Below, in pieces: positions 9,784 to 16,513 of a stretch of 24,000 bases of DNA. The first letter of the stretch is position 1. Each line of letters begins with the position of its first letter. Under the pieces are notes generated by a model that did no database searches, was not told the DNA's origin, and was given only the letters and a program-made list of their open reading frames with translations. This DNA comes from Clostridium mobile (GTDB lineage: Bacteria > Bacillota > Clostridia > Clostridiales > Clostridiaceae): assembly GCF_018918285.1 (NCBI RefSeq), contig NZ_JAHLQF010000001.1, positions 673,284 to 697,283 on the forward strand, read 5' to 3'. Position numbers and translations under genes: made by a program.

Positions 9784-9988
9784 TTCATTCTCTCCTCTGT
9801 ACGTTATCTCATAGCTAACCGTAACTAATACCCACACCTATTTAAGTGGGACAATAATGTATCTAATTTCTTTGATTAGTTCAGTTAAAATTTACTATAT
9901 GATAATAGTATATCATTATTTGTACAAGTAAATTGAATTATATAGAAAAATTCCATTGAATAGGAAATTACAATTCAGTTTCACAAAC

Positions 9989-10054
9989 AGAGAGCTAAGC
10001 ATGTAGTGAAGCCGCTCTGAAAAAGTCGCTTTTTCACTACATGCTTAGCTCTCT
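9989..10054. repeat. Hairpin module B, copy 1 (perfect 22-bp stem)
   Basis: AGAGAGCTAAGCATGTAGTGAA (9989-10010) is the exact reverse complement of 10033-10054. The 22-nt loop is GCCGCTCTGAAAAAGTCGCTTT. Confidence 0.9.
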
Positions 10055-10140
10055 TAGGTTTTATAGAGATACTTTCTAATTAAATTATATAAGATTAGTT
10101 TGCAATTATAAATTTCTACAAGTATATATATATCAGAAAT

Positions 10141-10208
10141 AGGAACTGAGGTACATAATGACGTCGCGTCACAAAAAGGCGCTCCTCCCGCTATATACCT
10201 CAATTCCT
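10141..10208. repeat. Hairpin module D, copy 1
   Basis: AGGAACTGAGGTACATA (10141-10157) pairs with TATATACCTCAATTCCT (10192-10208) at 15 of 17 positions. The homologous copy is at 20298-20363. Confidence 0.85.
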
Positions 10209-10284
10209 TTATGTTTTACAGACATATTTTCAAATTTATATTATAACAGATTGTTTTCTCAAGCATTTATTTTTAAGATTTCAT

Positions 10285-10490
10285 GTGCAAAACTTAAAAA
10301 TGCTATGTAATGTGGCCTATGCATTTGAGCAAAATTTAGAAATTCTTAATTTATTTAGAAGGATGCCGTTAAAATGCTGCACATGTCTGACCGAAGGGAG
10401 TTTGTCAACATTAGGGATTTTTATAAAATAAATTTTAGAAGTTCTTATTGAAGCAAATCAGCATAATAAGCATTACATAGCATTTTTTAT
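10285..10490. repeat. Module E, the only full-length copy; MITE-like with 17-bp terminal inverted repeats
   Basis: AAAAATGCTATGTAATG (10296-10312) is the exact reverse complement of CATTACATAGCATTTTT (10471-10487). The left half recurs at 18039-18185, 18924-18986 and 19921-19985. Confidence 0.8.
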
Positions 10491-10688
10491 TTGTTTTACT
10501 TCTAAATTGTTTTCACAATTATAAGTTTCTATAAAGATAATGATGATAGATCTTTAGATAATAGATGTTGTGGAAATCTATTTTAGGAGATTTCTTAGAT
10601 TATTTAAAAATCCTATGATTTTATGGGGTTTTATTGTGATCTAAAATAATTATGCAGGAGCATTTATAAGCCCGGCTTGCCTTTAGCA

Positions 10689-11573
10689 TCACCATTCAAT
10701 ATCCTCGCATATTTTTAAAAACGCCTCTATCGAAGGAGAAATCCATTTATCTCTATGATGTACAACCTGAATGAACAATTTTAAGTCTTTCCCTGCCCAG
10801 TTAAGTTTGGCAAGCCTATGTGCAGCTATTTCATCATGGGCCTCATATAAGGGCAGCACTGTGATTCCAAAACCCAGCATAGCAAATTGTTTAAGTGTTT
10901 GTACGCTTCCTGTTTCCAGCATTGTCCGGAATGTTTCACGGGCATCCTCCATAACTGCCTGAAATAAATTTTGACAGCAGCAGCCGTGGGATACCAAAAG
11001 CATAGGATAGTTTGACACATCATGGGGAAAAACACTTTCTTTGTAAGCTAAAGGGTGGTCAGGTGAAACTAAGAGAGCCAAAGATTCTTCTCTTTGTATT
11101 TCAACCTTTAATTCGGGGGCATGCCATGCCCTGTCTAATAATACCGCGATATCAATTTGATTTTCTTTCAACCATATTTCCAATTCGTCTGTTGAGCCAA
11201 TCTTTATGCTGAATTCCACCTCTGGATACTGCTTATGATATTCTTCCAGCAATTTAGGCAATTTAGCCGCACAAATGGATTCGTCTGCTCCGATTGTAAG
11301 AATTCCACGCGGGAATTTTGATGAAGAGAGTAAACCCTTTGCCTTTTCCCATGAACAAAGAAGTTCTCTTGCATATATAAGAAATTCTTCGCCTTCGGGT
11401 GTAAGGCATACTTTTTTACCTAATCTGTCAAATAAACGTACCCCCAGCTCCTTTTCCAGCATTTGAATTTGTGACGTTACAGAGGATTGAGCATATCCAA
11501 GCTGATCAGCCGCCTGCGTAAAATTATGCAAAGTAGCTACAGTTATAAATGCGTTAATTAATCTGATATCCAT
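10689..11573 (-). CDS. LysR-family transcriptional regulator
   Basis: 294-aa ORF with an N-terminal HTH (FITVATLHNFTQAADQLGYAQSSVTSQIQMLEKELGVRLFDR) and a substrate-binding-domain length typical of LTTRs. It is divergent from the nitroreductase gene. G+C is higher than the flanks. Confidence 0.9.
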   Translation of the reverse strand: MDIRLINAFITVATLHNFTQAADQLGYAQSSVTSQIQMLEKELGVRLFDRLGKKVCLTPEGEEFLIYARELLCSWEKAKGLLSSSKFPRGILTIGADESICAAKLPKLLEEYHKQYPEVEFSIKIGSTDELEIWLKENQIDIAVLLDRAWHAPELKVEIQREESLALLVSPDHPLAYKESVFPHDVSNYPMLLVSHGCCCQNLFQAVMEDARETFRTMLETGSVQTLKQFAMLGFGITVLPLYEAHDEIAAHRLAKLNWAGKDLKLFIQVVHHRDKWISPSIEAFLKICEDIEW

Positions 11574-11736
11574 AGATTTTATCCTTTCATCTGTTTTTTC
11601 GATTTATCCAATAGAAACAATCAATTTCACCGATTTAAAAAATTATGTTATCATAATACCACATATCAAAAGCAAAAGACAACGCTTTGTTTTTGGCGTT
11701 GTATATTTGCGGGATTAAAGAACTGGAGGTATCTGT

Positions 11737-12240
11737 ATGAAGGAAATTTTTAACCGCAGAAGTATTCGGAAATTTAAGAATATACCTGTGGAGAAAGAAA
11801 AAACAGATAGATTGCTGCGGGCAGCTATGCAAGCTCCCTCGGCACTCAATCAACAGCCATGGGAATTTATTGTTGTTGAGGATAAAGCGTCCTTACAAAA
11901 ACTATCTAAGTCTATACCTGATGCAAAACCGGTTGAGAATTCAGGGCTAACATTGATTCTTGCAGCAAACAGCAGCAAGTTCAGATTTGAACCGGATTGG
12001 CAGTCGGATATGAGTGCGGCAGCGCAAAATATCTTATTGGAAGCGGTTCATTTGGAGCTTGGAGCTGTGTGGATAAGTATTTCATCTGTGGATTCCGCCA
12101 TAAGTTATGTGAAGGAGATGTATAAACTGCCTTCTCATATTAAGCCCTTTGCATTGATTGCCGTTGGTTATCCGGATAATCAGAAAAATCAATTTATAGA
12201 TCGATATAATGCTGAAAAAATCCACTATGAGAAATGGTAA
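11737..12240 (+). CDS. Nitroreductase-family (FMN-dependent) oxidoreductase
   Basis: 167-aa ORF. RRSIRKF...L.AA..APSA.N.QPW.F and the C-terminal GYP motif are typical of the family. The RBS is GGAGG. Confidence 0.85.
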   Translation: MKEIFNRRSIRKFKNIPVEKEKTDRLLRAAMQAPSALNQQPWEFIVVEDKASLQKLSKSIPDAKPVENSGLTLILAANSSKFRFEPDWQSDMSAAAQNILLEAVHLELGAVWISISSVDSAISYVKEMYKLPSHIKPFALIAVGYPDNQKNQFIDRYNAEKIHYEKW

Positions 12241-12369
12241 GTGAAGGGCCAAAATGCGAATAGCATGAAAAATTGAAAAGGAGAAATTAGAGGATATTCA
12301 AGCTTAGTGGAAGCAAAAGATTTGGGAAAGAGCAGCAACAAAAATTCAATTTAGAAAGGATGATATTCG

Positions 12370-12951
12370 ATGGGTAAGAAAATTCTTGTTATCACTGGAA
12401 GTCCCCGAAAAAAAGGAAACAGCTTCGCCATGACGGACGCTTTTGTCAATGCCGCAGAAGCAAAAGGCCACACCGTAACACGTTTTGATGCGGCGTTTAT
12501 GAATGTAGGCGGATGCCGTGCGTGTGATACCTGCTTCCAAACAGGTAGAGCATGTAGCTTCGATGATGATTTCAACACAATAGCCCCGGAAATTGAGGCG
12601 GCGGACGCGATTGTATTCACTTCTCCGGTGTATTGGTACACTTTCAGCGCACAAATCAAGGCTGTCATGGACAAATTGTATGCCTTTATGACCGTAGAAA
12701 AAGATATTGCGAATAAGAAGCATGGGTTCGCAAGAAAAGGTATTGGGGGTAAGAAGTACGGATTGATATCCTGCTATGAAGAAAATGATATGTCCGTTAT
12801 GGACGGCGTTCGTTTTTCTTATGAACGCACTGTTACAATGCTTAAAGGGACGTCTGTTGGTGAAGTGTTAATCCCGAACGTGTGGGACGTTAACGATATT
12901 CAAAAAACCGAGGGCATCGAGCAGGCTAAAGCTCTGGCAGAGAAATTTTAG
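12370..12951 (+). CDS. Flavodoxin-fold NAD(P)H-dependent FMN reductase, iron-sulfur flavoprotein (Isf)-like
   Basis: 193-aa ORF. ILVITGSPRKKGNS is the FMN-reductase P-loop-like motif. The compact cysteine cluster CRACDTCFQTGRAC (C-x2-C-x2-C-x6-C) matches the Isf [4Fe-4S] motif. The overlapping minus-strand ORFs at 12346-12723 are shadows. Confidence 0.8.
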   Translation: MGKKILVITGSPRKKGNSFAMTDAFVNAAEAKGHTVTRFDAAFMNVGGCRACDTCFQTGRACSFDDDFNTIAPEIEAADAIVFTSPVYWYTFSAQIKAVMDKLYAFMTVEKDIANKKHGFARKGIGGKKYGLISCYEENDMSVMDGVRFSYERTVTMLKGTSVGEVLIPNVWDVNDIQKTEGIEQAKALAEKF

Positions 12952-12989
12952 TGTTCGGCTTTATGTGTATATAATATTATACTAACACC

Positions 12990-13112
12990 ACAGATTGTTT
13001 TCTTGTACAAATATAGATTTCTACAAAGATAATTTAGTTTCACAAACAGAGAGCTAAGCATATAGTGAAGCCGCTCCATGAAAAGTCGCTTTTTCACTAC
13101 ATACTTAGCTCT
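12990..13112. repeat. Module A plus hairpin module B, copy 2
   Basis: Module A is ACAGATTGTTTTCTTGTACAAATATAGATTTCTACAAAGATAAT. The hairpin arms are 13050-13069 and 13093-13112, pairing at 18 of 20 positions. Both mismatches are C:A or A:C on the plus strand. Confidence 0.85.
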
Positions 13113-13280
13113 ATTGATCTAAATGGTTGGAAATAACTAAACCAGATAAAGATGTTATTGGAAATGTAAGATTACTTTTAGATAGTATTATCGAGCCTAT
13201 TTATGTAAAAATAAGAACAGTATAGGAAAAGGCAACTTGTCTCTTTGCTTGATAAATATATGTAAATTATGTTAGTGACT

Positions 13281-13330
13281 TAAAGATATTAATTATATAA
13301 TAAAAGAATAGTTAATACGTTATGGTAAAG
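13281..13330 (+). repeat. Module C, copy 1 (contains TATAAT at 13296-13301)
   Basis: TAAAGATATTAATTATATAATAAAAGAATAGTTAATACGTTATGG is homologous to 16437-16482, 18196-18245 and 19071-19118. Confidence 0.8.
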
Positions 13331-13356
13331 AAATGCGAAATCAAGGAGAAAGAGAT

Positions 13357-13476
13357 ATGGGTTCAGAAACCAAACAAAGACTTGAACGATTAAAAGAAGA
13401 AAAAAATGCAAAATACGGATTTGTTATTAGTATAGATGAATACCAAGATATCAGTATTGAATTCTGGGGTATATAG
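13357..13476 (+). CDS. Possible 39-aa small protein (MGSETKQRLERLKEEKNAKYGFVISIDEYQDISIEFWGI)
   Basis: Below the ORF-track size cutoff. AAGGAG lies 8 nt upstream of the ATG. The ORF starts 27 nt after module C. I recognise no homology. Confidence 0.3.
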   Translation: MGSETKQRLERLKEEKNAKYGFVISIDEYQDISIEFWGI

Positions 13477-13519
13477 ATAACATATCTTTAGCAGTAAAAT
13501 ATGACGTAATCTTCTTAAA

Positions 13520-13548
13520 TTGTGTAACTGTCTACTATTTAGTATAAT
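13520..13548 (+). promoter_or_regulatory. Sigma-A type promoter of the yjdF-like gene
   Basis: TTGTGT (13520-13525), a 17-nt spacer, then TATAAT (13543-13548). Confidence 0.55.
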
Positions 13549-13554
13549 AATTTT

Positions 13555-13668
13555 ATGGAGATAAAAACACAGTTTCGGTTGGTAGTCCGAACCTATAATT
13601 TAAATATATAGCAGTAACCTGCCCTCCTGGGGTTGTCCATTCTCCGTTATTAGATTTTAAACAGGAGG
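13555..13668 (+). ncRNA. Candidate yjdF-motif (azaaromatic-responsive) riboswitch or structured leader
   Basis: A leader of about 125 nt lies between the promoter and a DUF2992/YjdF-family CDS, which is the genomic context that defines the yjdF motif. Nested helices are visible: ATGGAGA (13555-13561) with TCTCCGT (13641-13647), and TTCGG with CCGAA around 13574-13591. CCTCCTG (13623-13629) is the exact complement of the Shine-Dalgarno region CAGGAGG (13662-13668). Confidence 0.5.
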
Positions 13669-13678
13669 TAATTTTATT

Positions 13679-14095
13679 ATGTATGCAAGTGTAAAATTGA
13701 CTGTATTTTTTGAAGAACCATTTTGGGTGGGTGTACTTGAAAAATGCGACTATGATTCTATATGTGTTTGTAGAGTAGTTTTTGGTGAAGAACCAAAGGA
13801 TTATGAGATTTATGAATTTCTATTAAAAGAATATAGAAATCTCAAATTTAGCAGCCCTATATCTACTGATAAAATTGAAAAAGACAAAATAAATCCTAAA
13901 AGACTCCAAAGGAAAATTAAAAGAGAAATTAAAAACACTGGAGTTGGAACAAAAGCACAACTTGCTATGAAACAACAGTATGAAGTAAACAAAACTGAAA
14001 AAAGAAAAATTTCAAGAGAAGAAAAGGAACAAGAAAAAGAAAGACAGTATGCATTACGACAACACAAAAAGAAGGAAAAACACAGAGGACATTAG
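13679..14095 (+). CDS. yjdF: YjdF-family protein (DUF2992)
   Basis: 138-aa ORF. The N-terminal KLTVFFEEPFWVGVLE...VVFGEEPKD matches my recollection of the DUF2992 pattern. So does the lysine/arginine-rich C-terminus INPKRLQRKIKREIKN...KAQLAMK...KKKEKHRGH. Confidence 0.8.
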   Translation: MYASVKLTVFFEEPFWVGVLEKCDYDSICVCRVVFGEEPKDYEIYEFLLKEYRNLKFSSPISTDKIEKDKINPKRLQRKIKREIKNTGVGTKAQLAMKQQYEVNKTEKRKISREEKEQEKERQYALRQHKKKEKHRGH

Positions 14096-14162
14096 TCATA
14101 ATATGCGTATAGAGCACACAACATTGTAAAACAAATAAAGAAATAGTGAATATAGAAAAAAT

Positions 14163-14202
14163 AAAACATCGCACTATTCAAAAATAAATTTTGCGGTGTT
14201 TT
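14163..14202 (+). terminator. Possible terminator of the yjdF-like gene
   Basis: AAAACATCGCA (14163-14173) pairs with TGCGGTGTTTT (14192-14202), 11 bp including one G:U. The loop is long (18 nt) and the T run is part of the stem. Confidence 0.35.
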
Positions 14203-14293
14203 TATACGGTCTTTTAAATATATTACAACATAAATGTAACATAATTACCATTAGTTAAGTCGAAATAGTAGAATTATACATCTCAATCTTAGA

Positions 14294-14330
14294 AAATAAG
14301 GTAGGTCCACAAAATGACTCTACCTTATTT
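14294..14330. terminator. Terminator hairpin, most likely for the minus-strand DUF169 gene
   Basis: The stem is a perfect 11-bp pairing of AAATAAGGTAG (14294-14304) with CTACCTTATTT (14320-14330). T runs follow on both strands. Confidence 0.65.
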
Positions 14331-14363
14331 TATATTTTCCAAAATAGGTGCTAATTTCTTTGA

Positions 14364-15080
14364 CTAAATCCTTTCTGCAATTTGTAGCCACGTTTTCTTA
14401 GTCAAAAAGCTTTCTTCAACTTGTTCCTCTAACTCTAGAAAACGTTTATATGGTATACTAAAGGAAAGTATATCTTTATCGATGAATTTACGAGCTGATG
14501 GGTCTGTTAACCCGATAATGCACTTTGGATTCTCCGATTCCGTTTGTTCCATAGAATAGAGTATTGATTGCACACAGCCAGAAGCAAAGTCAACCTTGAC
14601 ATTATTCTGAGTCGGCTTATCGTAATTAGCAAACTGAACTAGAGCGGAAAGTTGGTCAGCATTAACTAGGAAGACAATTATCTCTGGTGTTTCTTCCTCT
14701 GTCAATTCTGCTAAGGGCTTAAAAACCATATAGTTTTTCGTATTAACTTCGGGTAATTTAGTAACAAATTCTGTAGCTAGCTTAGGGTTCTTTTTATAAA
14801 ATTCTCCCTCTTTATTTCCTACCCCTCCAGTTGATAGAAAATATTCAATATAACTTAACTCAAACCGTTTGAAACCCAGTCCAGCTTTACCACCCACACA
14901 GGTAGTTGTATTAACATCAAACATAGCGACACGACCTTTGGAAGAAGCATTTAACATTGAGATTACACATCCCCACTTTCCTTCCTGAAACTGTAGAGCG
15001 CCCTCATGCTTAACATCTGTTCGAAATACTGCAACTGGTTGATTTTTAAGTTTTATAGCCTGCCCAATCTTGCTATTCAT
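14364..15080 (-). CDS. DUF169-domain protein (COG2043-like)
   Basis: The track ORF runs to 15098 (TTG). I prefer ATG at 15080 ([18 protein letters not shown]), preceded by GGAAGGAAG. The segment [16 protein letters not shown]...[10 protein letters not shown] matches my recollection of DUF169 proteins. Confidence 0.7.
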   Translation of the reverse strand: MNSKIGQAIKLKNQPVAVFRTDVKHEGALQFQEGKWGCVISMLNASSKGRVAMFDVNTTTCVGGKAGLGFKRFELSYIEYFLSTGGVGNKEGEFYKKNPKLATEFVTKLPEVNTKNYMVFKPLAELTEEETPEIIVFLVNADQLSALVQFANYDKPTQNNVKVDFASGCVQSILYSMEQTESENPKCIIGLTDPSARKFIDKDILSFSIPYKRFLELEEQVEESFLTKKTWLQIAERI

Positions 15081-15178
15081 CTTAGCACTTCCTTCCAAAT
15101 TATTTATTAATTTGCATATTAAAATAAATTAAATTCCCTCCTTTAATTATATTACTCTATCAATATTTATATCTAACC

Positions 15179-15296
15179 AAAATTGTTTCACATTTATAAA
15201 TTTCTACAAATATAATTAAATTTCCAAATCATAGAGCTAAGTACATATTGAAGCCGGTCCAATGAAAAGTCGCTTTTTCAATACATACTTAGCTCT
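15179..15296. repeat. Module A plus hairpin module B, copy 3
   Basis: Module A is AAAATTGTTTCACATTTATAAATTTCTACAAATATAAT (TTCACA-N18-TATAAT). The hairpin arms are 15233-15252 and 15277-15296, pairing at 18 of 20 positions. Confidence 0.85.
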
Positions 15297-15379
15297 CTTG
15301 TATTTTATAACTACATTTTATTTTCAAATCATAATAAATTAGTTTTTATATTTTCTCAACAGTATATATTCATTAGTTT

Positions 15380-16273
15380 TTATTTAAAATACTTTTTTAA
15401 CTGCTCTAAACTATCAATATCAAATATATCTGTAGCTATAACGTCAATAGTTTCTTCATCCAAAGATTTTATCTTTTCTTTATATTCCTCAGGAAAAGTT
15501 TTAAATTTTTTTATAAGCTGTTTTATAAGAATTTCTGATTTACCTTCCTCTTTTCCCTTCTTTATACCTTCCTTTAGTCCTTCTTTTACGCCATCCTCTC
15601 TCAACATCTTTCCTATTTCGGTCATAGATATCAACTCCTTAAATTTTATTTTCGATAATTCATCTCCAAATTTATCAAACAAAGCATATAGTAAACTTAA
15701 ACATTGCAATTTCTCATTACCTTCTGGCATTTTACCCGCTAACTCTATACTGTCTAAAGTTCTTTTGCTTCTACTTTCCTTACCATTCATCAAAGGTATA
15801 AAACTTAGTGTTACTATATCCTTACCGCTTAAAGTGTCTCCTCTTTCTATTTTATCCTCTAAACGCTTTAATTTTTCATCGCCGTCTAAATTCTTCATGT
15901 AAAAAGCTTCTACTTCATATTTTATAGTCCCTGCATCTATAGAAGTTTCAACATCTTCTATGTCTGCTGAATAAATTACTATGGTCCTTATTTTTCTCTT
16001 TTTCTTATAAAAAAGCGATGCATCATAATATAGAAATCTCTTAATGTCTTCCTTTTTATTCGTAGTCTGAAATTCAAAATGTAGATAACTTCCATCTTCC
16101 GTGTAAAAAAGATAGTCAGTATAGTTAGTTTTAATATCTATGTTCTTTATTTCAGTTTCTGCTGGAGCTATTATTTTAGTGTCTATTCCAAAAAATTTTA
16201 CAGCATTGTCTTTAAAGAATTCCATAGCCTTTTTCAAAACTGCATCCTCTACCTTATTATAATCCATATTCAT
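15380..16273 (-). CDS. Rpn/YhgA-like recombination-promoting nuclease (PD-(D/E)XK 'putative transposase' family)
   Basis: 297-aa ORF. The N-terminal nuclease core shows ...TDYLFYTEDGSYLHFEFQTT.... A Lys/Glu-rich linker (KEGLKEGIKKGKEEGK) and the C-terminal helical domain are typical of clostridial Rpn paralogues. Confidence 0.75.
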   Translation of the reverse strand: MNMDYNKVEDAVLKKAMEFFKDNAVKFFGIDTKIIAPAETEIKNIDIKTNYTDYLFYTEDGSYLHFEFQTTNKKEDIKRFLYYDASLFYKKKRKIRTIVIYSADIEDVETSIDAGTIKYEVEAFYMKNLDGDEKLKRLEDKIERGDTLSGKDIVTLSFIPLMNGKESRSKRTLDSIELAGKMPEGNEKLQCLSLLYALFDKFGDELSKIKFKELISMTEIGKMLREDGVKEGLKEGIKKGKEEGKSEILIKQLIKKFKTFPEEYKEKIKSLDEETIDVIATDIFDIDSLEQLKKYFK

Positions 16274-16394
16274 CCTCTCTTTCTACTGGTAATTATACAT
16301 TGGTATATTCCATATTATTTCCAACAAAAAAAGTTTTATACGAATATACGTTCGTAAATTTATTTTAGAAAATTAGACATCTAAATATCTAACT

Positions 16395-16482
16395 AAAATT
16401 ATTTTCTAATTTATAAATTTCTACAAAATGATTATAGTAAAGATGTTCATTATATAATAAAATAACAGTTACTACGTTAAGG
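16395..16482. repeat. Module A plus module C, copy 2
   Basis: AAAATTATTTTCTAATTTATAAATTTCTACAAAATGATTAT is followed by GTAAAGATGTTCATTATATAATAAAATAACAGTTACTACGTTAAGG. It is nearly identical to 19029-19118. Confidence 0.85.
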
Positions 16483-16508
16483 ATGTGATATATTAATCAC
16501 ATCCTTAA
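16477..16508. terminator. Hairpin downstream of the 16514-17275 gene
   Basis: The stem is a perfect 13-bp pairing of TTAAGGATGTGAT with ATCACATCCTTAA, with a 6-nt loop. There is no clean U tract on either strand. Confidence 0.4.
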
Positions 16509-16513
16509 AACTA

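Larger units (their letters stand above)
9975..10625. repeat. Intergenic mosaic 1, module order B-A-D-A(fragment)-E(full)-A-F
   Basis: Each segment has one to several homologous copies elsewhere in the window (13.0, 15.2, 16.4, 18.0, 18.9, 19.9-20.4 kb). See the findings for cores and coordinates. Confidence 0.85.

Noticed and set aside
10141-10208. 17-codon minus-strand ORF behind the GGGAGG inside hairpin D copy 1 (MTRRHYVPQFLFLIYIYL)
   Set aside because: Copy 2 has no start codon in that position and a different frame is open there, so it is not a conserved peptide.
10376-10450. Short ORF in the module E core (MLHMSDRREFVNIRDFYKINFRSSY)
   Set aside because: The 18-kb copy ends earlier (MLYMSDRREFVSIREFYK) and lacks an SD. 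The differences between copies fall at codon positions 1, 2 and 3 alike. The conservation is explained better by the ATGCTG/CAGCAT stem than by coding.
9900-10552. Fur-box-like strings GATAATAGTATATCATTAT (about 9901-9919) and GATAATGATGATAGATC (about 10536-10552)
   Set aside because: Each matches only one half-site of the GATAATGATAATCATTATC consensus, and the second half is out of register. Such strings are expected by chance in DNA this AT-rich.
10771-12723. Track ORFs 10771..10962, 10826..11035, 11012..11212, 11275..11466, 11635..11853, 12346..12723 and 12351..12674
   Set aside because: All overlap the LysR, nitroreductase or Isf-like genes. They arise because this block has higher G+C and so fewer stops in off-frames. 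None has recognisable motifs or an RBS.
13810-14174. Track ORFs 13810..14067 (-) and 13965..14174 (-)
   Set aside because: They are antisense to the lysine-rich C-terminus of the YjdF-like gene. Poly-F/L/S translation of an A-rich coding strand is a shadow effect.
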